This document shows, in pieces, positions 1 through 10,895 of a stretch of DNA of 64,000 bases. The notes under the pieces are model-generated. The model did no database searches. It had not been told where the DNA came from and saw nothing but the letters and a program-made list of their open reading frames with translations. The stretch is from the human T2T-CHM13v2.0 reference genome, Homo sapiens. Location: NCBI RefSeq assembly GCF_009914755.1, contig NC_060927.1; one strand, 5' to 3'. Numbering within the stretch: position 1 is the stretch's first letter; each line of letters opens with the position of its first letter. Both the position numbers and the translations under genes were made by a program.

Positions 1-100
1 ATTTCTTTCTGGTCTGTTATAGAGAGCATTGGCTTAACAAAAGTATATCCTACATAATCTTCTCAGATTTGAATAGAGCCTTTAAGCATGGGATGATTTT

Positions 101-363
101 TGTTGTTGTTGTTTAATTTCTTTCTTTTTTTAAATTATACTTTAAGTTCTGGGATACAGGTGCAGAACGTGCAGATTTGTTACACAGGTATACACGTGCC
201 ATGGTGGTTTGCTTCATCCATCAACCTGTCATCTACATTAGGTATTTCTCCTAATGCTACCCCTCCTCTAGCCTCCCACCTCCCGACAGGCCCCAGTGTG
301 TGATGTTCCCCTCCCTGTGTCCATGTGTTCTCATTTTTCAACTCCCACTTATGAGTGAGAACA
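101..363 (-). mobile_element. L1PA (about L1PA7/8) 3' end, 5'-truncated
   Basis: Reverse-strand L1PA 3'UTR (ttatactttaagttctgggataca...cccacttatgagtgagaaca) with a T-rich tail. 17-bp TSD a(a/g)gcat(g/a)ggatgatttt at 84-100 and 364-380. Confidence 0.92.
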
Positions 364-524
364 AGGCATAGGATGATTTTAAATAATCAGTGGTAGAAAG
401 TATAACTTTCCAGGCTATGATATTCCAGTTAATGACATCTTCTCCAGCAACCAGTATGTATTGAGTACATGCCTAGCCATAAACAAAATAACCAGAATTG
501 ACCAAATACTTAATATATTCAAGA

Positions 525-665
525 CCCTGTAGGTACTTTCGTATATTCTGAGACTTAATTCTTATATCAGCTCTATGATATAAGTGTCACAGTTTATCTC
601 ATTTTGCAGGTAAATAAGTTGAAAACCAAAGAGTTAAAGTGGCTTTTTCAGAAATGCCAGCCCAG
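525..665 (-). mobile_element. MIR fragment
   Basis: Degenerate MIR core (tatctcattttgcaggtaaataagttgaaaaccaaagagttaaagtggc). Ends approximate. Confidence 0.5.
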
Positions 666-1181
666 TCAGATTAAAGCAGAAATAGACACAGCCTTTTTGT
701 AAGTACACTCTATTGTCTTAAGTAACTCTATTAATAGACATAAGGAAAAAAATTATTTTAAAGGTATCATTTTTAGCTTTAGTGTACCTAGAATTGAAGA
801 CTGAAAATATGCCCACTAAAAAACAACAGTACAAAAATCACATGAGAAATCATAAGTTAACATATATTAGTATATTTACTTAAATTATTTTAATTATTCC
901 CCCATAACTTTTAACAGAGTCTATCATTTTGAAGATGTGCTCTTTAACTGAATTAGAATTCAAGAAATAACACGATGTTATTTATTTCCATTTTTAAAAA
1001 TATGATTAAATCTATCTCCTTAGCCATTGTCAAATATTAATTTTTTGGGTACACAGACTAATTATGCATCTGCTGATAAATTAGAATAGTGTTAATAAAA
1101 TTATAAAATAATCTGAATTATATTATTCAACAAGTACAATAATATTGTTAAATATCAATAGCTATACAAACATAAATTATG

Positions 1182-1382
1182 ACTATTCATTAAATGGAAG
1201 TGGGTAATCACAAAGGCCTTCATTCTTGTCTTGAGTGGGCTGAGGAGGAGGAGGAAGAGGAGAGTTAGTCTTGCTGTCTCAGGGATGACAGAAACAGAAC
1301 AGGAGGAGGAGGAGGTAGAAGGGGAGGCAGGAGACACAGGCACATTCAGTTTAACTTTTGTTGAAAGAAATCTCTGTATAAG
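1182..1382 (-). mobile_element. Tigger2-family DNA transposon fragment (left of the MER52 insertion)
   Basis: tattcattaaatggaagtgg...ttgagtgggctgaggaggaggag...gtcttgctgtctcaggg matches the Tigger2/MER28 interior. Continues at 3289. Confidence 0.85.
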
Positions 1383-3288
1383 TGATGGCAGCTGCTGGCT
1401 GTCCGGAGCGGTCAGAGCAGTGGCAGGAGCAGCCGTGGGAGTGGCAGTGGCGGCGATAGCACCCCTGTGCCCTGCATCCCCTGTGCCCCATGTCCCGAGG
1501 CAGCTGACTGCACTGTCTCCACCTGCGTGTGGCCGGAAGGGACCCATTCCGAGGCCCGGAGCCTCCACTGGTCCAGACACTGACCTCATATCATCGCTCC
1601 CGCCCACCACCACTGTGGGGAGGAGGCGGACAGTCCTTGGAGCCTGCCCCCGGGAGCCCTCCGGAGCCTGCTGCCCTAGGGGGGCTGCCTTGATGGGCCG
1701 GGCCTAGCCGCCCACCGATGGGAAAGCAGTGCCGTCGGGCACAGAGGAGGCAGCAGAGAGGGGTCCAGCGAGGACCTGGAGCCCCTGCCCCAGGCTGTGA
1801 GGAGATGCAGTTGGGGCTACATGCTCCACAAAGCTGGTGGGAGCCAGGGACAAGCAGGAGCCCTGACCCTTCCAAGTTGGTGGGGTGGGAGCTTCCCGGG
1901 TGCGGCTGCAGACCCAGGCATCTCTGCACTCTCGGGCCTGGGAAGCCTCCTACCTTCCGGGTTGGAAACACCTGCTTCCGCTGCCTGGCTTCTCCCCGCT
2001 GTCTCTACCTTCTTGGATCTTGGAGAAAAGTCGCGGCCAATGCTGGGCGCTGTCACAGACCACCAGGTTGTGCACATGCTTAGGGGGGCAGCGCTGACTC
2101 ACCCATCCCCGCCGCCAGAGTCACCTCTGGACTTTGGGTGCTGACAAGCAAGAGACGGAGGCTAAGAGGGTGCTGAGGACAGCTCAGCACTGGCCTGCAG
2201 GCCCCACTTGGCATGAACAGCCTGGGTGCCATGAATAGTGGCAGAAGGCAGACAGGCTCCTGGGCAGAAGGAGGCTGGTCTCTGGTGAAGCCTCACCTTC
2301 AAGCCAGGGAGGGCCTGAGGCCTGGGGGCGAGGCTGCCAATCCTGTGGGCCAGAGCGGGAACTTGTGTTCTTTTCCCTGGGCCCGCCCGTGGCTGCCCAC
2401 GGACCAATCAGCAGGCACTTCCTCCCCTCTGAGGCCCATAAACCCTCCCCACTACCCCCACCCCAGACTCCGCGGAGAATGGAGAGACAATGGAGAGATG
2501 AGAAAACCAGCTGCAGAAAGGAACTACCCTCTCTGCTGACAGCTGGACACGCGGCAGGATGACCTGCCTAGCAGAGAGAGCTACCCTCTCTGCTGAGAGC
2601 TGAACACTCATGGGGACACCCTGGCTTCAGAGAGGAGCTGCCCACTGTAAGTCTCCTCTGAGCTGTTCTATTACTCAGTAAAGCTCCTCTTTGTCTTGCT
2701 CACCCTCCACTTGTCTTTATACCTCATTCTTCCTGGACATAGGGCCCACCAAACAGCAGGGCTAAAAGAGCTGTAATATAAACAGGGGTGAAACACACCC
2801 CTTGCTCGCCATGTTGTGGGTGACAAGGAGAGAAGAATAGCTGCGGTCCTTCAGGGAGAAGAGCTGCGGCCCTTCAGGGATCCCATACCTGGGAGCCCCC
2901 CGAGCCACGGCTATGACTCCCCTTTCGGACCCTTGAGTGTCCAGGCTTCTAGGTGCCACCGAGTTCCCTGGTGCCAGTTGTGTACCTGGTCCAGCTGCAG
3001 TTATGCATTGAGCTAACACCTGTGCCAGCACCTGGACCCGCCCACCTTGCTGCAGCAGCCGGCGTGCCTGACTGCACAGTTTCCGGACCCCACACTTGCT
3101 CGCTCACACACCCCTTGCCGCTATGCTACAGTCTCTTCGGAGGCGTGGGATCCAAACTGGTAGTGTGAGCTGAACGCAGCCTGCCAAGGTGAGTGGGCAC
3201 AGTGGACTCAAGCAAAACTCGGGCAAAGGCGCCACCAGCCACAGAAGTTTCTGGCCAGAAAAGCAACACCCCCAAGAATCCCATAAGA
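1383..3288 (+). mobile_element. MER52 solo LTR (ERV1/MER4 group, long MER52D-like variant)
   Basis: Starts tgatggcagctgctggctgtccggagcgg and ends ggccagaaaagcaacacccccaagaatcccataaga. GC-rich. 4-bp TSD taag at 1379-1382 and 3289-3292. CCAAT at 2337 and 2404, cataaa at 2437, degenerate poly(A) signal agtaaa at 2677. Confidence 0.9.
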
Positions 3289-3335
3289 TAAGTGGATCCG
3301 TGCAGTTTAGACCTGTGTTGTTCAAGGATCAACTG
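3289..3335 (-). mobile_element. Tigger2-family terminal inverted repeat (resumes after MER52)
   Basis: taagtggatccgtgcagtttagacctgtgttgttcaaggatcaactg followed by TA; reverse complement of the Tigger2 TIR cagttgacccttgaacaac. Confidence 0.85.
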
Positions 3336-3954
3336 TATTTCAAATCTGTAATTTGGTAGGCCATCTTGTTATTTTGGAATCATTTGCTTATATATTTTAA
3401 ATTATTTATTAGATCTCAGTTTTCCATTTCTGTCCTTTGATTTTCTTCCTATTTAGGTTCTTCAATATTATTCAATCATCTGGTCTCTTGTATTGATGTC
3501 ATATGTTTATTCACTTTTCAATTTCCATATTCTTACTTTGGGGTCTTCATATGCTGTTGCTGACATTTTTGCCAGTATCTGTTCCTTATCTGCTTTCTTA
3601 CATCTCTCAGTAATACGTATATTTACTCATTTTCTGCTATGCAGTAATGATGAGAAACCCAATAGACATCATGAAAAGTAATTTTTTTAGAAATTCTTTC
3701 AAGGTTAACTTTCTGTGCACATTTATATATGGCACTACCCAAGGTTTGCACTTGACTTTAAGACTGTATTTCTTTCTGATTTCTATGGTAAGATTGAATT
3801 GATGTCATTTTATCCTGATGACAGATAATGTTTAGTTAATTCAAGACATACAATCAAGCACAGTTTTCTTTAAGATGCCCACAGGTGTGCATTAATGGGC
3901 TGCTAGTTCAATTAGTCTGTGATGTTCCTACCAAAATATTCTAGTTTTTCCTTT

Positions 3955-4050
3955 GTTGAGATGAAATGTCACAAAGCTATTGTAAGGATTAAATGAAATA
4001 ATTTCCATAAAATTTAAAAGAAATTGGGATAGTTTATACTCAGTAAATGC
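3955..4050 (+). mobile_element. MIR fragment
   Basis: cacaaagctattgtaaggattaaatgaaataat...ctcagtaaatg resembles the MIR 3' half. Confidence 0.5.
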
Positions 4051-4311
4051 TTCTATCTTCAAATCAATTTCTTAACTCATAAAGAGAATATCTGGTCACT
4101 GAGTCTTATCAAATATTAGTAGGAATATATCTACTAAATAGGAAACTGCCCGGGGTACAATCTTTCTCAAGGAATCATCTACTTTGAATTTAACAAGGAA
4201 AAAATGTTGTTTCAAGTACTTTCATTATTTTTCCTGAAAGTTAACTCTTTAATATGTGTTATATCCAATTAGTAGAACACATAAAATTGTAAAGATGAAA
4301 ATAACACTAAT

Positions 4312-4780
4312 TGTGACAGCCATGGAGGTGTCAAGGTGTCAGATCTGCTGCAGTAGGTATAGTCGGCTGACAGCCTCCACCAGCTGTGTCTTCGGGTTTC
4401 ACTGAAGTATCTAACCATGCCAGGGTTAGGCTTTCTTCTGACTGCTCTAAGTCAAGGAGTGAGCGGAGGAGGGACGTTAGACCTGAGCCATTTCTGTCCA
4501 ATGCTGGGCACTTCTAAGAGGAAATATTTGCCATGGAGTTTGCTATGGCTTGAGTGAACCTTTCTCATAGCTGCATTGGAATATGAGGTTCCTCCTACCT
4601 CATGTCCTGCCAGACCTCAATTGTATCATAAGTGTCAGCAATGGATAGGGGTCTCAAAGCTCTCCCTGCCTTCCTCTGCTCCTTGTCCTCTTTATTATTT
4701 ACAGACATTTCACTCAATGAATTTTTGGCAATTCTACTTTTGTCTTGGCATCTGCTTCCAAGAGGACCAGAACTGACACA
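4312..4780 (+). mobile_element. LTR33 solo LTR (ERVL)
   Basis: Starts tgtgacagccatggaggtg, contains ggctgacagcctcca, and ends tgtcttggcatctgcttccaagaggaccagaactgacaca. Confidence 0.8.
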
Positions 4781-6888
4781 TTTTTAAACTGAAATTTTTC
4801 TTTGAATACTATTAACGAACATTTTCACTCTTAATAGCCAAGACTGGGTAAAACAGAAATAAAATTATGTACATAGAGAATATCACATGTAGTATTATTT
4901 AAAATTTCTAAGCCGTTTAGTGAGACTGTGTGAAGTCACCATTTTTACTATGGTAGAGGGCCTCCATTGTTGTATTTTTCCTGATGAAGTATAGCTTCAC
5001 CTTCTCAGATATTACATGGAAAATGTGAAAAAAAAATTGGTTGTTAGAATCACCAAAGAGAGGCGCAATAATTTTAAAAGTAAATTTAATAAAGTCATAG
5101 ATTTTAAAATCGATCTCCTCTTATTTCCAACACTTTTAAAATAGTACAGAGTATAATACAATTTTATATAACATAGAAAGATTGATTTTTAAAACAGCTC
5201 TATGAGACCTTCAAAATTATCCTGTATACTGCCCTCATTTAACAAAAGAAGATATCAAGATTCTGACAAACTAAAGTCACCATTACTGCCAGAACTAGAA
5301 TTAAAATTCCTATCTCTGGATAGAATGTTTTTATCAAAATAGTATACTGCTTTTAATACTGCTTTTGATCAAAACACCAGCTTAACGGGTTACACATGAA
5401 GTTTTCCTCCTACTTTAATCATTTCTCTATCAGATCTCCAAATGTTAGTCTCTCTTATGGTACAAAAGGCTGGAAAGTTACATAAAGTCAATTCCCATGT
5501 ATTCGATTTTCTGCTAAATGGAACTGGGGAGTAAGAAAGATTTGCTAGTTATTGCAGAATTTGGGGACTCAATCCTAAATGCAATAAAGGATCATTAATG
5601 GATGCAAAATGTCCTGCTTCCTTCACGTGTTGTAAGAATATGCCATTGTCAATTACCATTAAATTTGACTTCAGTGCTAAAAGGCAGTTTCTTTCCAATT
5701 CTATTTAAAATCACAGTGTCATGACTCCAATTAAGTTGTTGTGTATCATTAAAGCATTATTTTCTTGAACACATAATACACTTTTAAAGATAATTATTGA
5801 TACAATCATGAGATTAAGGACTTTTTATCTGATTAATATCCACACATGCCTCAACATCTCGTTTTCTCAGAGTTTATGCTAATACACACTAATCTCCTTT
5901 TAGTCCTATAGCGATCTACAAGTGTGAACTGGGTGGGGAAAGGAGATTCCTGCCCATTCAAAATATGTTAATGCCAGAAGAATAGAAAATTATCAGGCTG
6001 TTTTGTATGTAAATGTTTAAGTGCATGCAGAAAATTGCGTTGCTAAAATCTGCTTCAAATAAGAAGGATTTTCATTAAAGATGAGAAAACATGGACCATG
6101 GTCTCTAGGGATGTACAGAAGAATCTACAATGGTGATCTAAAAAGGTAAAGCCTATTAGGCAGATGGTGTCATATAAGAAAAAAGAAACCCCACAAAACA
6201 AAACAGGGGCTTGAGCTAGGAAGAAAAAAACGTCCAGATCCTCTTAGAATGATAAATAGAATGGAACGTGCCCTTGTGAAAGGAGGAGGCTAGGAAATAC
6301 ATATTCATAGCTGGAAAATCATAAAGAGGATTTATTTGAATCATGGCAAAATCAAAGGAAGAAAAGATAATAAAGGTTAAAAGTCCTTAGAGGGAAGCAT
6401 GTTAGACAAGTCATGCCTTTGAACACTTAATTTGATATAGCACAATAAAAATATTAATTGGAAATTTTGATTAGTATTTAACTTTTATTGTTAGACCTAG
6501 TTTTAATCTAAGAATTCTCAGATCATGATTTTTCAAGACACACAGTACCCTTGGATAGAAAATACATTTTATTAAAACTTTTATATAATTATGTCATCAT
6601 TATCTCTACTTTCCATCCATATTTTCCAAATAAGTTGTGTAAGTTTAGCATACAGAATTTCCTAAACTCCTAATTTACTCAAAAATAAAGTTGTTGATGC
6701 AATGTTACTAGTTTTTCAAAATTAAAATTACTTTATTCCTGGTTTTCTTTCAGTTTTAAAACAACCTACTCATCTTAAAATTATCAAACACTTAAACATA
6801 CACACAGTACAGTAAAAGTAATCATAAGACCCATTATCCAGACATAAACATTGATAGCATTTTGGGAAATTCAGAAATTATGTTATAT

Positions 6889-6980
6889 ATCTATAAACTG
6901 TTATATATGTTATATATATGTATATTATATATGTTATGTGTATGTTATATATGTTATATATATGATGATGATATATATGC
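6889..6980. repeat. (TATATG/TTATA)n low-complexity tract
   Basis: Direct reading of degenerate ttatatatg repeats. Confidence 0.8.
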
Positions 6981-7399
6981 AATAGAAAAAATTTATAAAT
7001 ATTTTGTGGCCTATTACAATATTACATGACAACTTTCTTTTCAATAAATATTTGCCTCTTTTATATGAAGCGTTACCATGTAGTGAGCACATACTATGTG
7101 CCAGATACAGTAAACAAAGATGTAAGCAACATACAATAGATGGTAAATGTTAGTAGCTATTATTCTATCACCTAATCTGTATTTGGATCATGTATGTTAG
7201 TAATGATTTTCTTCATTTTATACATAAAGACACCTATCTTAGTTTCAGAAACCTTTTTCAGGTCATACAGTTATGATTTTTCTTTGATGTTGTCAGATGT
7301 TTTTAATATCTATCTAATATATGCAAAGTACAGGTATTTATTCTAAAATTATTTAGTTCTGTATTTATGAAATTTTAGTTCATATAGTATGTCTCACCA

Positions 7400-7900
7400 T
7401 GAAAGATTGATTGATTTTTTTTGCATTTGCATTTCTTATTTATATAATAAGAATAAATCCCTAGAACAGATAGTTCAAAGAAAATGCAGCATTTAGATTT
7501 TAAGATACATTGATAAATTACTATTCCAAATACAGCTAATAATATCACAATCACACTATTGTCATCAAGGAAAAGTTCAGTCAATATTGTCAGTTTTTTT
7601 CAATCTGATAAGTAAACAAAGGAGATATTACTTTTGATATAATTTCATGTATACTCTCATTGGCTGTTTTTATTATTTCATAGTCATGAATTTTCTATTT
7701 ACTATTTCAACCATTTTTTATTAGGTATTGACCTTTTTATATTGGAGGTATATTGGAGACATTCTAGTATAACATATTTGTAAATAAGTTTTCTTTAGTC
7801 ATTATTATTCTTGCAATTTTTTAATAAAAACTTCAGCATGATGATATTTACATTTTAATTTTGTTCAAATGTTGTCAAATGCATATTTTTTAAATTTTAA
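7400..7900 (-). mobile_element. Old L1M fragment, antisense
   Basis: T-rich degenerate L1 3'-ORF2-like phrases (taaatccctagaa..., tactctcattggctg..., ttcagcatgatgatattt). Ends approximate. Confidence 0.45.
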
Positions 7901-7919
7901 CATGAACCATAATCTATGA

Positions 7920-8967
7920 TTTATTTATAAAGAAATTGGTAAAGAAAAAACCCACCAATTGATTTAAAAATTGGCAAAGGATCTGAATAGACATTTTAAA
8001 AAGAAGACTAACAATGTCCAACAGATACATGAAAATGTGCTTGTTTTCATTAATAATCCAGGAAATGTGAATCAACACCACAATGAGACATCAGTTTGCA
8101 TTTGTTAACATGGCTATTACTAAAAAGACAAGAGATAATAAGTGTTGGTGAGAATGGAGAGAGAAAGAAACATTCATTCATTTATAGTGTAAATGCAAAC
8201 TGGTACAGCCATTATGAAAAACACTATTGAGGTTCCTCAAAGCGTTAAAAAGAAAACTACCTTGTGATCTAGTAATCCTACTAGTGGAATATATTCATAG
8301 GAAATGGAATCAGTATGTTGAAGAGATATCTGCACTCCCTTGTTCATTGCAGCATTTTTCACATTATTAGCCAAGATGCGGAATCAACTGAAGTGTCCAT
8401 TAACAGATGAATGGATAAATAAAATGTGGTATATATATATATATATATACAATGTGATAGTATTCAGACATTTTTTAAAGATGAATTTTTTAGTTAAAGC
8501 TAAAGTGGATAAACCTATAAGACATTATGCTCAGGGAAGTAAGCAAGGCACAGAAAGACAAATACTGCATTATTCCACTTACATGTGGAATCTAAAAATG
8601 TCAAACTCGTAGACACAAAGAATAGAATTGGGATTACCAGAAGCTGGGCAAGGAGGGTGTGTGGAAATTTTGATGAAGATTTACAAAGTTTCAGTTATAC
8701 AAAATAAGTAAATTCAGGAGATTTAATATAAAATAATGTGACTACAGTTAACAATAATATATTGGTACTTGAAGACAGCTAAGAGATTAGAGCTTAGAGT
8801 TTTTGCCATACACATAAAATTGGTAACTACATGAGGTTATGGATGTGTTAATTAGCTTTATTGTGGTGAATATTTTATAATATATGCATATATCAAATAA
8901 TGAAGTTGTATACCTTAAATATATACAATTTTTGGCTGACAAATATATCTCCATAAGCTTGAAGAAA
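7920..8967 (+). mobile_element. L1MA-class 3' end (end of ORF2 plus 3'UTR)
   Basis: ttggcaaaggatctgaatagacattt..., gagatatctgcactcccttgttcattgcagcatt, gtgactacagttaacaataatat, ttgtataccttaaatatatacaattttt. ORF 8340..8612 (MFIAAFFT...CPLTDEWINKMWYI) is the decayed ORF2 C-terminus. Confidence 0.88.
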
Positions 8968-9694
8968 CCTATGTTGTTTATCTATTAATCTTTTTTGTTA
9001 CATCAATTTTAATGTAAATTCACTGTGAATATAAAAATTCTCCATGTGATTTTATTACTTTGAAATTTGTGGCGACTTACTGTAAGAACAGATAAATTAT
9101 TAGTTTTTACATTTTTTCTGTGTGCACATAATAAGAATTTTGTTTGGTAATTGTTGAGCACCAGGACTCCAACATTAACTTCTAGGAAACAGGATGAAAA
9201 AAATCCAAGAAAATTTTGAAAGAATGACCAAAGTAAAGTGGCTATAACCAAGATAGTATGGTTGGTGTCTTTTGAGCTAAGTAAAGAAAGTTTTCCAAGA
9301 GTGTGCATGGGACTACCTGTGTGACATGGTGTTGACATGAGAATAGAGTGGTTATCATTGAATTTGTCATGATAAAGTCATTGGTTACCTGGACAGTAGA
9401 AGTTTTAAGAAAGTGGAAATAAAAGCATCATCTGAGTAGCTCTACTACCAAATAGAAAGAAAGTGTTGGTTAAGAGATGTGTATGTTTAATTCCCTCATG
9501 GCTATATGAAGGAAGATTGATGTTTCTACTATTTTATTGTCCTCCCCAGGTCTTAGTTCACAAAGAATATAGCAAGTTCCTTCTTGGAAATCATAATTTT
9601 CATAGACTTGTAGTTTTGGATTGGGCTGAATTAAGTGTATCAGACATAAGTTTACTATGATTGTCCTTTCGTTTACTAGTGACTACTATTACTG

Positions 9695-10650
9695 CAGGCG
9701 TACCTTGTTTTATTGCTCTTCACTTTGTTGCACGTCACAGGTACTGTGTTTTTTACAAGTTAAGAGTTTGTGGAAACTATGTGGAACACATGTATCAGTG
9801 CCATATTTCCTATAGCATGTGCTCACTTCATGTCTCTATGACACATTTTCATATAATTCTTGCATTATTTCAAACTTTTTCTTTTTTATTATATTTGTTA
9901 TTGTGATCTGTAATCAGTGATCTTTGATGTTACTATTGGATTCTTCTGGGGTGCCATAAACTGTGCCCATAGTAAACAGTAAACCTAATTGATGAGTATC
10001 GTGTGTGTTCTGACTACTCCACTGGCCACTGTCTGGCCATTCCTGTCTCTCCCTTTCCTCGAGTCTCCTTATTCTCTGAGACACAGCAATATTAAAAGTA
10101 GGCCAATTAATAGCCCTACGATGGCCTGTAAGTGTTGAACACAAAGGAAGCATCACACATCTCTTACTTACTTTATATATTTGTTTATTTTGAGTCAGGC
10201 TCTTGCTCTCTCACCCAGACTGGAGTGCAGTGGTGTGATAAACATGGCTCACTCAGCCCCAACCTCCTGGGCTCAAGTTATCCTCCCACCTCAGCCTCCC
10301 AGGTAGCTGGGACCACAGGAGCATTGCACCACACCTGGCTTTTTTTTTTTTTTTAATTTTTTGCAGATATAGGGTCTCACTGTGTAGCCCAAACTGGTTT
10401 CAAACTTTTGGGCTCAAGTAATCCTCCCACCTCAGCCTTCCAAAGTTCTCACTTTAAATCAAGTGCTAGAAATGATTAAGCTTAAAATGAGGAAGTCATG
10501 TTAAAAGCCAACACAGGCTCAAACCTAGGTCACAAGCTAGACTGCTTGCTCCAAAAAGTGAGCCAAGTTGTGAATGCAATGAAAAAATTTACAAGAAAAT
10601 TAAAAGTGCTACTCCATTGAACATAAGAAAGATAAGAAAATGATAAGAAA
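9695..10650 (+). mobile_element. Tigger1 5' portion, interrupted by an Alu
   Basis: TIR caggcgtaccttgttttattgctcttcac. After the Alu it resumes with ctcactttaaatcaagtgctagaaatgattaagctt, the start of the Tigger1 transposase region. Confidence 0.9.
10176..10446 (-). mobile_element. AluJ, slightly 5'-truncated, nested in Tigger1
   Basis: Antisense Alu dimer with J-type ggctcaagt(t/a)atcctcccacctcagcc in both arms. Confidence 0.9.
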
Positions 10651-10799
10651 TGAAAATCCTTTTAAACAGTCATTTCATAAAAATGAGTATTTTTTTTCTG
10701 TTCACATGTATCATTTACAATTAGATTTTGCATTGCTAAGACATTGTGTCATTAATCTGTTAGTACTAAAAAACAAACAAAGAAACAAACAAACAAAAA

Positions 10800-10895
10800 A
10801 CACTGTTTTAAGTTTTGCCTTCTTTAAAATGGAAATAACAATGAAATCTGCCCCTCATGGGACTGGTATAAGAATTAAAGGAATTAATTTACTTC
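10800..10895 (+). mobile_element. MIR fragment
   Basis: ttctttaaaatggaaataacaat...cctcatgggactggtataagaattaaa resembles the MIR core. Confidence 0.55.

Noticed and set aside
2834-2879. 23-bp tandem duplication in MER52 (similar ones at 17250-17287 in Tigger2a and 27113-27176 in MER50)
   Set aside because: Ordinary slippage duplications inside repeats, with no sign of function.
1155-3332. Dense stack of overlapping 65-158 aa ORFs on both strands
   Set aside because: All lie in the GC-rich MER52 LTR or Tigger2, where stop codons are rare. No protein motifs; the polyE/polyR stretches come from Tigger2's gag-rich simple sequence.
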